This document shows positions 1 to 13,075 of a DNA stretch of 64,000 nucleotides, one piece after another (the stretch's first letter is position 1; every line of letters starts with the position of its first letter). The position numbers and the translations under genes are program-made. Below the pieces are notes generated by a model, which was not told the DNA's origin, did not search any database, and saw nothing but the letters and a program-made list of their open reading frames with translations. Origin of the DNA: Pristiophorus japonicus (Eukaryota); the NCBI RefSeq assembly GCF_044704955.1, contig NC_091984.1, forward strand, positions 146,258,001 through 146,322,000. Direction: 5' to 3'.

Positions 1-670
1 CGGGAGAGGTTTTAATCTGCTTGCGATCAGTTTGGTCACATTTACTGCCTTTGGTCAAGGTCACACAGGAATCAAAACCCTGCGTCCAATTCATTCCTGA
101 CCCGAAATCCTGTCATTGTCGTTTAAAAACAATCCCCACACCTCCCCTGCATTTCTGGCTAGATCCAACCACACAGACATAAATCCCTTATTCCTCCTTC
201 CACCACTTTTCCCAACACAATTTCACCCCTTCTCTTGTTCCTGTGCTCCGCCTGTTTGAGTTATTACCCAGTTTCTCCCATTCTGTGGATGCATTAACTT
301 TTCTCCTGTCTGTTTTCTGTAACCACCACCACCCTCCCATGGGGGTAATCCCTTTACATTCCAGACAAACTCGTCTCCCCTCTCTCACCCGTACATTCCT
401 GGCCGTGATGTTTAGCCTGGGGCAGGACACTGACACCTCCCCAAGTTTACCCTCGGTTTGTCTGGAGTACTTGGTCGAATTTGACCCCAACCACCCTGGC
501 CAGCTCCCAGTGTGAGCATCGGTGTTTGTGCCCTTGTTGCTCCGTATGGCTCCCCCTTGAGTTACAGTGGGGCCGGTTCCTCCCATACACCCGTGTGTAA
601 GGAATGTCTCGGTGTCTCCCCGATCTCCCAATCCTTTAATAATAATGGCCATCCACAGGCCTATCCACAA
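1..670 (-). pseudogene. env-position ORF of A1: signal peptide + Ig-like domain, interrupted by stops
   Basis: MWIGLWMAIIIKG... VRVREGRRVCLEC...WWWLQ...KEE*GIYVC. Homologous to 20740-21294. Confidence 0.7.
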
Positions 671-3600
671 CGTCCACCTCCTCTCGTACCCTTGGCTCGA
701 TTCGCTCCTATAAAGACAAAAATTAAAGAAATACCTTTGCTCTGTGGGGCCTCCCCCTCACAGGTCCTCCTTCAGTTATTCACAAATGTACGTAACTCCT
801 TTTTACAACCACTGCTTCCCTCTCCTTTTATCCCAATGCTTGGGCTTACAGAGGCTCGGGGGTGGAGATGGAGGAGGTGTCCAGGGCACCCTAGGTCACA
901 GTACCTGACCACTCCACCTTACTGCTCCGTCCCTTACTTCTCCATCCTCATCATCCCACAGTATTGGTGGGAGGCTTACACTGATCAAACTCATTATTGT
1001 TCGTGGGGCCTTGGCCCACTTTTTACGTTTCTCTCCGGGGTTGTACAGCTTACACTGGTTTATATGGAACCATTTTATATGTTTTGGCAGCTGGATCATG
1101 TACACCATAGGGCTTGCCTTGTCTACAATGCTATATGATCCTTTGTACAATGGTTCAAATGCCCCTATTCTGGCATAATTCCTGACCATTACCTGATCTC
1201 CTGCCCTCCATTCCTGTGTAACCCAGAGTTCCAGCAGCAGTTTATTCTGCTGGTGCTGCCTGCCCATATTGTTAGCTGCTTCCCAATGCAGCCCCTTCAG
1301 AGTACCATACAGATCTAACAAACCTGCCCCATGTGATCTCTTTAACCTGCGTTTCAGTCAGGACTGGTGCTAGGATATGGGTCGGGGTCATCATTAGTCT
1401 CCCTGTCATCATCACATGTGGGGAGTGTCCCGTACTCTTAGAGAGACTGGCTCAGTGGCTCATCAGTATTCGGGGTAGGGTCTCACCCCATTTCTTCGGG
1501 GTATCTCCTATTTCCTTCCTAAGCCTCTCTTTTAAGGTCCGGTTTGTCCTCTACTGGATCTAACGATTGGGGGTTATACGCCACATGCCATTTCCCCTGT
1601 ATCCCTAACAGCTTTAGGGTGGCCTGCATTACTGCTCCGGTGAAATGACTCCCTTGATCTGATTCCACTATCAGGGGCAGTCCCCATTGAGAAAATACTT
1701 CTCGCACCAGAACCTTTGCTGTGACTATCGCGGTGGCCGCCCGACATGGAAAAGCTTCAACCCATTTTGTAAAGAGATGTATTAACATAAGCAATATTTA
1801 TTGCCTCTGCCTGAGGTGGGCAGTGACCCAATTAAATCTATCTGTATAGACTGCCATGGCCCCTCTACCCTCCTCGTGTGTCCCAATGGAGCCTTCCTCG
1901 GTGGGGGTCTGGATTGTTTGTGGCACATACCAGACAATTCTGGCAATAATCCCTGACATCACTTCTAAGCCCGGGCCACCATCCCACGGCTTCTACTTTA
2001 TTCCACATTGTTTCTGGCCCTGGATGTCCAGCTCCTGGACCCACATGCACCAGCTGCAAGAATTCTTCCCTGCACTGCCCTGGCACGATCCAACTATCTC
2101 CCTTGAACAACATTCCTTGCTTTACTGCTATGTCTGCAGCTCCCAAAGGTCCCACTGCAGACTTCCCGTCTATTTTGTCCCTAATCGCTGCTCTAAGGTT
2201 TGCATCCCGTAGCTGAGCCTGTTTTAAATCAGGCGGCAATGGGACTTCTTTGGGCCTCTCTCTGCCTGTTACAGCCGTGATCTGTCCACAGTGATATGGG
2301 TCCCAAGGTGTCTCTTCTCCTGCCCCTGTTTTAGCCAGTGTGTCTGCTTTCTCATTCCCTTCCCACTTGGGCTCTGTCTTAGAGTGTGCTTTGACCTTTT
2401 GGATGTCGTCACCCTTCTGGTCCGTACCCTTGACGTGCAAAATGACTTTTAACAATGGAACCATCACCAACCATTTTCCATCTGAGGACTTAAACCCTCG
2501 CCTCGCCAATATGGCTAAATACTCTGTTCAGGAGTTAGAAATGAACATGGAGTCTGAACATATCGTATAGGGAGTTGGGAATTCGTTCGGGTGTGTGACT
2601 ACATACGCTACTGCTGCTAGCTCGGTCTGCTGCGTACTTAAAGTGTTGGGGATTTTATGGCTTTCTCCATCACTGCCTCTGGATCGTAAATCCCACAGCC
2701 TGTCTTTCTCTCTCTGTTTATTACTGAACTAGACCCATCTACATAGACGTCCCTGCCTGTCAGGTGTTCTCCTGCTCAGAATCCCACATCTACATCCCAC
2801 ACTCCTTCCACTGAACACACATGAGCTGCTCCCGGATAAACCAGGCTCGGGGCGAGCTTTGGTTCTCCTGACCTCTCGACCTTCAGGTCTAACTGAGTAA
2901 GCAACAATGTCCAGCGGGCAATCCTGTTACTGCTCACTGTCCCATCTTTCATTCTACCATCCAGTAACACTTGTGTCGTGGTGTGACAGGTCAGTAAAGT
3001 TACTGTAGCTAACCCTGTGAGCGACCGAAAATGCTTCACTGCCCAAAATGTTGCTAACAGATGTCGTTCGCAATTCGAAAAGCTCTTTTCTATTTCGATG
3101 AGATCTCGGGAGGCGTAGGCCACTGGTCTCAGCTTGTCGTGTCGCTCCTGGAATAACACTGCACTCAAACTGTCCCCAGTCATTGCTACCTCCAGACTAA
3201 AATCCTGGTCCCCATTTACTGCTCTCGATGCTGGTGCTGTCTGTAACACCGCTTTTAACCAAATGAAAGTTTCCTGACAAGTCTCACTCCATTCCCACTC
3301 TACTCCTTTCCGAAGAAGCCTCAACAAAGGAGCTGCCACGGTTACATAATCCTCTATGAATTCCCTGCAGTAACCCTTTTTCCCAGGAAAGACCTTACTC
3401 CAGACACGTCCTTAGGAACAGGTAGTTCCTGGACTAACTTTCTCTTAGCTCTATCTATGGCCCTTTCTCCTGCCCCAATGGTCAAACCTAGAAACTGCAC
3501 CTCCTCTTTGCCTATTTGAACTTTCTTGGGACTGACTTTAAAATCTGCTTCTTTCAACAAATGCAGTAACTCACTGAATAATGGCCCGTGGTCCTCCGCA

Positions 3601-6459
3601 CTTTCGGAGAATAACAACAGGTCGTCCACGTATTGGACCAACCGATCTGGCTGACTAAAACCGTTTAATGCCTCGGCCATACTCTGGTGGAAGATCGAGG
3701 GACTGTTGTGAAACCCTTGTGGAAGACATGTCCACGTATACTGCTGACCTTTAAAGGTAAAGGTAGATTTATACTGGTCCTCCCGTCTCAGCGGAATGGA
3801 CCAAAACCCGTTTGAAATGTCCCGCACTGTGAAAGTTGTTGTGGCCGCAGGGATACTCCCGATCAAATCCGCTACCACTGCTACCGTGGGCGCACAGGCT
3901 GGAATATTTTTTATTCAGGATTCGGTCATCTACCGTGGCCCTCCATGAGTTATCGGGCTTCTTTACTGGCCATAGGGGTGAGTTTACATGTGTGGCTATG
4001 GTCCTCAACGCACCTTGATCCACCAGGGAATTTATAGCAGTTTCCAAATCACTTTCTGCTTCCCGGGGAAAATTATACTGTTTCTGGGGTCGTGTCATCG
4101 GATCCCCATCTATCTTCACCTCTACCCCAGATACTATCCCGCAATCGTGCTTGTGCATTGCAAACGCATCCATATTCTCCCGTACATACCTTGATACCGG
4201 GCCGGAATGTTATCGACTAATCGTTCTCAGTCATAACTCCCTTTCGGCTTCATCGTGCAGGTGCTGCCTTTGTCTGTACTGTCCCTGGGAATCACTACGA
4301 TCTCTCCCATATTATCTGCATCAAATGCCCCCCATAGACAATTGTTTTCCATATCCACTATGGTGTGGTGTGTCAACATGTAGTCGGCCCCGAGAACTCC
4401 CGAACCGGGCTGTTCCCACTTCATTAAAATGCCCTCCCATTTCATTATGTTCGGTCCTAACTCTACGGTTAAGGGTTTCCACACTGCCCCAGCCTGCTCA
4501 TTACCCGTAAAACCCACCAGTGTAAATGGTACTCTGCTCGACCACGGGGAAGTGGTCGGATTCGGTGAGTGGACAACCGTGCTAGAGGCTCCTGTATCTA
4601 CTAGATCCCTTCCCCTAACTGTTTCCACCTTCACATCCACACATGGCCTGCCCCACCCATCATATATGAGCAGACACAGGTATTCTGGCTGGGTGCACCG
4701 TCACAGAGGGGGTGCCAACACATTGGGTCCCTTTTCTCCCACTGCTGCGTCCAGCTTTCCTCCACCCGTGCCCATAACCTGCTGTAATGCGGCCACTAAA
4801 ACCTGCACTGGGTCGTCGGCTACCTTCTTCTGGCCTTTTCCTGCCTCAGCACCTCGTACCCTGGCTTCCCTCCTTTAGAGAGCCTACAATCCTTGCTCCA
4901 GTCTCCCAACTTCCCACAGTTAAAACACTCACCTTTAGATCGACCCGCATTACCTCCCTCTTGTCTCCATTCTTTCTATGGCCGAACCTCTCCTTTTACT
5001 TCGTGCACCTTCCCGTTTAGTTTCTCCTCCTCCCCTTGCCTAGACTTAAAGCTAGAGTTAGTCTTCTCAGCACCCCTGCCTCTGTATTCTGGAGATGGTC
5101 TGGGTCAAACCATGCTTCAACCTTTGCTCTGAGCCGTGGCAAACTGTTACCATTACGGTTCTCAGCCAATGGTCCCTGGGTTCCCCTATTAAATCTGCCC
5201 GTACCAGATTTCCTCCAGCGGCCCTGAATAAATCGCCCACAGTCTGTCTGCAAACGTATCGGGTGATTCGTTTACTTGCTGCCTAGTCTGTTCTACCTGC
5301 CAGAACGGACTACCCTGACTGTACCCGAGCACTGCCATCATTTGCTCCTTTAAGCCCTGTGGGGTTCCTGCACCTAACTTGGTGGCTGTCGACAAGCTCT
5401 GATAAAGCTTCCCCTCCAGCGAGAGCAGTGTTAGCTTCACTTTCTCCTCCTCGCTGCAGTTATTGATACCCCCTATCTGCTCTATATTAGTAAAATGAAC
5501 AGAGACATCTCCTCCTTGCTTTAACTATACTACACCCGTCAGCATCTCTTGCAGCTGAAGCGGTGTGTATGGGATCACTAGTCGCTCTGTAATGGTGCCG
5601 GACCACCATTTGGTGGGGGTGGGCTGAATTTCTGCTGTCTCAAAGGACACATCGGTTTCAGGGGTCCCGGTGCCTCAGGAGCCGGCCGATGCTCGCGATA
5701 CTCGGGCCCATCGTCTGACTCTTTCCCCTCTGGATCCCAATCTTCCTCACCTGTTCCGGGTGCCCTGAGACAAACCATCCCTTTGGTCCCGTCTAACTCT
5801 GCCGTTAATTGGTGGATCTTTTCCTTACAAGGTCCGTGATCTGCTCTTGCGTAACCCTGTTTCTGAGCTACCTGATAGGCTATCGACTCTCCTGAGCTGG
5901 TCCTCTGCCTCTTTGGCTCTTTCTAAATGCCTTTCACTTTGTTCAATGTGGGTCTGCTGCTGCTTTTTGCACTCGGTCACCTGGCATTGTAAATACTCAA
6001 AGTGATTCCGTGCCGTTTCTTCCTTCCCACCCTGGTCCTGCCTTTCCTTCTCCAAACTGCCTACCTCGCCCTTTAACCCTTTATTCTCCTTCTCCAGCTT
6101 TCCTATCCTTTCTCTTAACAGTTGTGTCTGCTTCTGCAGGCACATGAGCCAAACCTCCTTCTCTTTTGACCCTTTGTGGTTACTACTGACTGTCCACTCT
6201 GCTGTTTGTTCCTGCGGATCCCCAGAGTGCAGCATTTCCCGTGCCCATGGCCCTGAAATGTTCAATTTATTGCCTATATATCCAGCTACCTTAGCCTCCA
6301 TGGACTCCCTACGACTGCTCTTACCCGCGGACTCTGCCACGTTTTGCTGCGGTGAGTCCATTTCCAGTGCCTCTGGCTGAGAAATTCTCCCTGACTACCT
6401 TGGTGTCCCCTGAGACCACCTCGCAGTGACCTGCGGTTCCTGTTACTCTGGCTTCTCTC

Positions 6460-7080
6460 TGTGGCTACCCTAGTCAACCCGAGACTACTTCGGCCTGTCA
6501 GAGACTTTCTCTCCTGGTCCCCTAGTCGCCCTTGAGATCACCCTTGGCCTCCCTGAGACTACCCGTGGCAATATTGGCTTTTCTCTGTGACTACCCCAGT
6601 CAACCCGAGATTATTCCAGCCTATCCGAGACTGTTTCTCTCCTCAGGCTGCCCTGGCCGCCCGTGAGATTATCCCTGGCCTCCCTGAGACCCCTGTGCAG
6701 ACTACCTGCGATTACTTCACCCGGTGGCTGCCCTAGTCAGTCGGAGCTCTTCGGCTACTCCTGGTCCCCCTTGAGATTCCCTTGGTCTCCCTGAGACCCC
6801 TTCGCAGACTACCTGCGGCTTTCTCGGTGGCTACTTTAGTCAACCTGGGATTATTCCAGCCTACCCAAGACTGTTCCTTCCTCTGCTGGCTGCCCTAGCC
6901 GCCCTTGAGAGTACAATGGTCTCCCTCAGACCACTGAGCAGCTACCTGAGACTTCTTTTCTCAGTGGCTACCCTAATCGACGGAGACGACTCAAGCCTAT
7001 CAGACCCTGTTACTCTCCTGGTCGCCCTAGTCGCCCTGGAGAAGATCCTTTTCGACCACCTTAGCCGACCTTTGACATAA
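6460..7080 (-). repeat. Imperfect ~110-130 bp tandem repeats in the retroviral 5' leader
   Basis: Recurring gtggctaccctagtcaacccgaga...ccagcct...gagac...ccctagtcgcccttgaga blocks, about 5 copies, between the PBS and the gag ATG. Confidence 0.7.
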
Positions 7081-7141
7081 CCAAGCCTCCCTCGGGGTTT
7101 TTGCTCTGGTATGTGTCCGTGATACGATTCCCAAAGCCGAG

Positions 7142-7159
7142 GTCCTGCTGCGGTCACCA
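7142..7159 (-). promoter_or_regulatory. Primer-binding site (TGGTGACCGCAGCAGGAC)
   Basis: Begins with TGG 5 nt after the LTR end (...CTACA at 7165). The first 8 nt match the tRNA-Trp-type PBS (TGGTGACC). Primer identity is uncertain. Confidence 0.65.
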
Positions 7160-7829
7160 ATTTCTGTAGGTAGTTTATTTTTCACTCTACTCTGATTCTT
7201 CGACCTGGGAACTTGTAGTGGGAAAGGACAACATGTGGCACAACATTTAGGCTTTACCCAGTGTCAGTTTTATTGTGCACAGAAACCGTCGAAAACTACA
7301 GGACTAGACTTCTGAGAGAAATCGACTGAAATCATACAATTGCCCTTCCTGGCTGTAGCTATTGTAGGTTCGTGGTCATTGGTTCCGTGACCGGTTGGTT
7401 CTTCTTCTGGCCGTTCTCTGCAGTGCTGTTACTTCTGTGTACGTTCCATACAACATGTTCCTCCGTCCATTCGTCTGTTCGTGCTTTCGACCTGTGTCCA
7501 TCGGTACATGTGTCCTTCTACTTCTCCTGTGTGCTTCTTCTTCCGTCTGTTCCTGTCCTTCTTCCATCTCCTGCTGAGCTGCTTCTAGCTCACATATTTA
7601 TATCCAGGTTATGACTGATCTCCCGCCACTGCGCTTTCTGATAAAGTGTTTGCATCAATACATTGTTTTGTGGTTCTCTTGTTTGATTGATTACAATAAT
7701 GAACTCGTCTGTTTTCCCATTTGCACACTGAGTCTGCAAGGCTCAAGTTGATTTCTCATCTTAACACCTCATCCTAAAAAATGTGCAACTGTTGTGGTTC
7801 CTTTGTTGTCAGGTCCTTTTACAGATTTG

Positions 7830-10712
7830 GGGCTAGAACCTCCTCTTTTATTGCCTGTTTAATGCCCACTTAACACCCATTTTACCACTGAAATGACATA
7901 TAACGCCCAGATATCACCCATTTTGGCAAAAAATGGAAACTGACAGGCTTTTTTAGGAGACTTGTCGCCGAGCGTTACTTTCCCAATGGGCTTAACGCAG
8001 AGAATAAATATTATCGCCCACCTACTTTTTTGGGGCGGAATCAGCAGAATGGGCAAATTCAGCGCCCATAGTATCACCCAGCGTTACTTTCCTCATGGAA
8101 TTAATGCCGAGATTCAATATTAACACCCGGCGACTGTTTTTTGTCATGAACAGCATATTTACCCAAAGTAACGGCCATGGAGATCACCCACCGTCAATTT
8201 CACCACCTCGTACACATATCGCCCACAATATCGCTCGCTCAAAAAACCGCCCACAAAAAGTGGAACTAACCAGAACGAATCACAGCGTTCTGGACGCCGT
8301 GATGTTGATCACATGTCGCGTCCTTTCACCTCGGCGGAGTTCAGATGTACTCTGCAGGTCGTTGGAGTTGATGTGAACATCTCTGAAGACATCTTGACCA
8401 CACTGTGACCGATTAGAATTGAAGAGGTGTGCTCGTCGGGACATTCTTTGCTTGTGTGCAATTGGTGACAGACAGAGAGCTACTGCAATGGGGCCTGTCC
8501 TTTCTCACCCTCTCTTGGTGACCAAATATAAGCAGCAGACTCAACATCACTGAAGGAACGCGACATTGCATTATGTGCCCAATGTACGAAATAACAGTCA
8601 GATGAGGAGGACCAGACGTTACACCCCCGCAAGTACAAGGAGAAGCATTCTTACCTCGACTTGCCCGACACCACCTGCCTTCGGAGACTGCGCTTCCACA
8701 AAGAGGTTATCACTGAGGTATGCCAGCTGATAAGGGCAGGCCTACAGCCTACCAGCACCATCAGAACTGCACTGTCCGTCGAGGTCAAAGTCACCACGCC
8801 ACTATCGTTCTATGCCTCGGGTTCTTTTCAGGCCACAGCTGGCGACATTTGCAGACTTTCTCAGCATGCCACACATTGCTGCATTAGACAGGTCACTGAA
8901 GCCCTGTACGCACGCAGGAGGGACTTGATCAGCTTCCCTATGACCAGGGAGGCACAGAGTGAGAGGGTTCGAGATTTCTCCAGAATTTCAAACGTCCCCA
9001 AGGTGCAGGGAGCAATAGACTGTACGCACATCGCGATGTGGGCACCTTTTCAGGATGCTGAGGTTTTCAGGAACCGCAAGGATTCCACTCCCTGAATGTC
9101 CAGCTGGTTATCGACCACCAGCAAATTATACTGGCAGTGAATGCTCAATTTCTGGGCAGCATCCATGCTGCACACATCCTGCGTGAGAGCATTGTATCTG
9201 ACTTGTTTAACAATGAGCTACAAGGTCCATACTGGATGCTTGGGGACAAAGGATATGGCCTCGCCACCTGGCTGATGACCCTCCTGCGTGACACCCACAC
9301 TGAGGCTGAGAAGTGATACAATGAGAGCCACAGAGCAACTCGCAAAACCATTGGAGTGCTGAAGCAGAGCTTTAGATGCCTGGACCACTCAGGTGGTGAG
9401 CCTCAATACCACCCCGAGCAGGTAGCTCAATTCATGGTGATGTGCTCCATGCTGCACAACTTGGCTATCAGGAGGGGACAAGAATTGCCTGATGAGCCTG
9501 ACAGTCCACCTCACCAGAGAGAGGAAGAGGAGGACGAGGAGGCGGACGCCGACATCGGGTCAGACAATCAGGCTGACGCTGAAGCCATGCCCCCGCCCTT
9601 CTGTAGACCGCATGAAAGGGCCCATGGTGGCATGATAGCTGCAAGAGCCTTACGCCAGGAGCTCATCAATAATCGCTTTGCCTGAAAGAACGTTGGTGTT
9701 ATTTCCACGGCTGACACACTGCTGTGTGTGCAGGTTATAAATTAATCGTGGGCATCACCTTGGTGACCGTTAAAAAGTTTACTTTGATTATATCCTTTGA
9801 TGTTAACGAATCACCAGCGTGTAACGGTACAGCTATCTGAGCCAATGTGCTGCAAGGTTTTGTTCAATAAAAAACATTTAAACCGAACAATAGTCTGAAA
9901 TCATCAGTATTTCTGTACAAACCAACCTTTCCCCCACCCACCCCGCTTCTCCTCCCCAACTCTACCCATTTCCCTTCCCCGCCTGACTCCAAGCCGCCTG
10001 ACCGTGGAGGTTCTCAGGCGATGCTTCATTGGGAGGTGGGTGGTGATGGACAAAGCACTGCTTGGACGGATATGGGAGAGGATGGTCCCAAGGTGGGAAT
10101 GTGCTTCGAGCCAGAAACGAGATGTTGCTCCTGGCTCTCATGTGTGGTTGGCAATGGGGTTGCGTCACCTTGGGGTGCAGTGCGGCTCTCCGGGACCACT
10201 GGGAGCCCTCTGCCACCAGTGTTCCTGGCTACCAGCTCCAGGGCCTCCTCTATCCCTTACATTTTATATGTTATTTGTGGGACAAAAACTTGATGCCAAC
10301 TATGTTCTTGGTGCTTAGTGCGCTTTTTGCTGCTGGTGAATCTCCCTCGTGCCTCCCACAACAGCCAAACAAACACACACCACAGCCACACACGCTTTCA
10401 GTGCCTCTGAGCTCCCTCTCTCTCTGTCTCCTCTTCTGCGTATGTCATGGTGACCCTTGACCTCCAGAATCGAGGGAATGGACCATTGCCATGCTGTTGC
10501 GAAGGACGGCCACACTTCACAACAGAAGGTCAGAAAAGTTTAACGCTACTGCCCATTTGATATCACTCGCGGTAACGCACATTTTCAAAGATGTAAACTA
10601 AGTGTTTTGAGAATGGGCGAGAAGCCGGCGATCTAAAAACCCTTTTTTACCGTCCACGCCGGAAATCACGCCCAGTTTTGGGCGCTAAGCTCAAAAGTGG
10701 AGGTTCTAGCCC
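7830..10712 (+). mobile_element. PIF/Harbinger DNA transposon
   Basis: 20-bp TIRs GGGCTAGAACCTCC(T/A)CTTTT, 3-bp TSD TTG (7827-7829 and 10713-10715), and an internal Harbinger DDE transposase. Confidence 0.92.
8488..9685 (+). pseudogene. Harbinger (HARBI1-like, DDE_Tnp_4) transposase, frameshifted
   Basis: Motifs GAIDCTHIA, WMLGDKGY, YNESHRATR, LKQSFRCLD and CSMLHNLAI spread across several frames. Confidence 0.88.
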
Positions 10713-11849
10713 TTGGTGTCTCCAGTGAGCTTGTTTTCCCCACCCTGGTCAATCAACTTCAGGGCCTCATGTAACAACTCCATTCTTGTTATGCATGGAG
10801 TCAGTTTTGGTCCCTGACCACAGAATGTCATTAATTGTCCAGCTTCATTCCAAAAGCTGGTATTAAGCAATTTTTAGTTCATGATCTCCTTCTGTGCTTT
10901 TCTGAAGTTTGGTAACCTTACACACAACACTCACCTATCCACCTCCAAAACTGCCCCTCTCCCAACCCCAACACCGCCCCCAACACAACCCCTCTCCACC
11001 CCCCAACACCCACCTTAAACTGACACACACAGCGGGCAAGACTTATATGGGCACATGACCCCCTGCAGGACACATCACCACTGAGGGCTCATGTCCCCTG
11101 GCCTCACAATGGAAACCATGGCAACACAGAAACCGCAGCGGTGGACCAATCACAGCAAAGTGCTACAGACTGTGCATTTGTGCCTGAGAGAGCAACGAGG
11201 AGAGAGCTTCAATCTATTTAACCCTTCGATCCCTGGCTGCCGTCTGAAAACTAAGCCTGAGTTGGCAGAGGCAGTGACAACATTATTCCTGCTATTATTC
11301 TGCGCCCTGCTCATTCATCTCAACCCCTGTGTTAATGTTTCTCTGCTCAATGGTACTGCTCCCCACGGCAAATCCAAGCAGAGAGATTGCTCAGCTGGGT
11401 GTGAAACATGGAGAAGCAGAGATGGGCATGGACTGTGTGGGGGCACTAAAGGACCCACTGGCTCCGACCAATAATAAAACAGTCGGTAAGGACACGGTGA
11501 AAAGGGGGGGATGGGACCAGATGATGGACCTGGGCATGTCCGACAAGGAGGCTGTCCTGCCGGCCAGAGCAATGGTGAAATACACTGGCCTCAGCCTGCC
11601 TGGCATTGTGGAAGGGCAGGCAGCTCCGATCCTTACCGTCCCAGACTGTCAGCCAATCACCGTGGCTTCCTCCTTCGGAGAGCTGTTCAAATCTCCACGG
11701 GTTTCACAGCTGCAGCTCACAGACACGCTGGTGAGCAGATTGTTGGGGTGTTTGCTCTACACTTGTCCAGTTGCTGTGTGTCACGGGCCTGGGCAACATT
11801 ACAACTGGAGCCCATTACTGGTCTCATAAAGTGACGGGCACATTGATTA

Positions 11850-12540
11850 GTCTGAGCTTTCGACCTCACATACGCAGCATAACTAAGACCATCTATTTCC
11901 ATCTCCGTAACTTCGCCCGTCACCACCCCTGCCTCAGCTCTTCCGCTGCTGAAACCCTCATCCATGCCTTTGTTACCTCTGGACTCGACTATTCCAATGC
12001 ACTCCTGGCTGGCCTCCCACATTCTACCCTTCGTAAACTAGCGGTGATCCTAAACTCTGCTGCCCGTGTCCTAACTCGCACCAAGTCCCGCTCACCCATC
12101 ACCTCTGTGCTCACTGACCTACATTGGCTCCCGGTTAAGTAACGCCTCGATTTCAAATTTCACATCCTTATTTTCGAATCGCTCCATGACCTCGCCCCTC
12201 TCTACCTCTGTAATCTCCTCCAGCCCCACAACCCCCTCGAGATGTCTGAGCTCCTCTAATTGTGCCCCCCTGATTATAATCGCTTAACCATTGGTGGCCA
12301 TGCCTTCTGTTGCCTGGGTCCCAAGTTCTGGAACTCCCTCCCTAAACCTCTTCACCTCTCTACCTCTCTTTCCTCCTTCAAGATGCTCCTTAAACTCTAT
12401 CTCTTTGACTAAGCCCTGCGCTAATTTCTATTTATGCTGCTCAGTTTCAAATTTATATCGCATAATACTCCTGTGAAGCACCATGGGACGTTTCACTACG
12501 TTAAAGGCGCTCTATAAATACAAGTTGTTGTTGTTGTTGG
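11850..12540 (+). mobile_element. L2 LINE 3' fragment
   Basis: HIRSITKTIYFHLRN...LIHAFVTSGLDYSNALL...LHWLPV, ending in ataaatacaag(ttg)n. Confidence 0.85.
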
Positions 12541-12829
12541 GAAACACAGAACCAGAAGGAGGCGCTGTCGACCCTCTCCAAGAACACAATCCAGTTGAGA
12601 GCAGACACCATCCAACTGTTTGTAGACAAAACCCACGCAAGGATCCAACCGCTCTGCGATGCCGTGTGATAAAGTGCGGGCTGAAGCTCTCAGTGTGCTG
12701 GGGAACTTGGCCATGGGGGGAATCGGAGGGTCCAGGTGTTGCTGCACCTGGATGGAAACAGTGAGCAGGTCACCAGGTCCTGTCGTTCAACACTGCGCTC
12801 CGTATTCCCACGTATTGGATCTGCTCAGT

Positions 12830-13075
12830 CTTCCTCAATAACTGAGAATGATCCAGGCGAACCCAACAGGGGCTACATGGACTTCCTCAGTAACTGAGAA
12901 TGATCCAGGGGAACCCAACAGGGGCTACATGGAGTTCCTCAGTAACTGAGAATGATCCAGGGGAACCCAACAGGGGCTACATGGACTTCCTCAGTAGCTG
13001 AGAATGATCCAGGGGAACCCAACAGGGGCTACATGGACTTCCTCAGTAACTGAGAATGATCCAGGGGAACCAACA
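12830..13075. repeat. 52-bp minisatellite, ~4.7 copies
   Basis: Unit cttcctcagtaactgagaatgatccaggggaacccaacaggggctacatgga, with copies starting at 12830, 12882 and onward. Confidence 0.9.

Larger units (their letters stand above)
1..10922 (-). mobile_element. Defective endogenous retrovirus copy A1 (5' LTR-PBS-leader-gag-pro-pol-env-like), runs off the left edge
   Basis: Minus-strand ORF fragments: Gag coiled coil (5825-6361), capsid-like (5189-5440), protease LVDTGAS (4227-4640), RT LPQGFHNSP/YVDD (3354-4173), RNase H (2776-3339), second RNase H (1865-2760), integrase (896-1794), env-like (1-670). Many stops and frameshifts. Confidence 0.9.
7165..10922 (-). repeat. 5' LTR of A1 (~870 bp net), split by the Harbinger insertion
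   Basis: Starts TGTAAGGTTA (10922) and ends CCTACA (7165), with AATAAA near the 3' end. Homologous in blocks to the LTR at 22059-22875. Confidence 0.8.
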
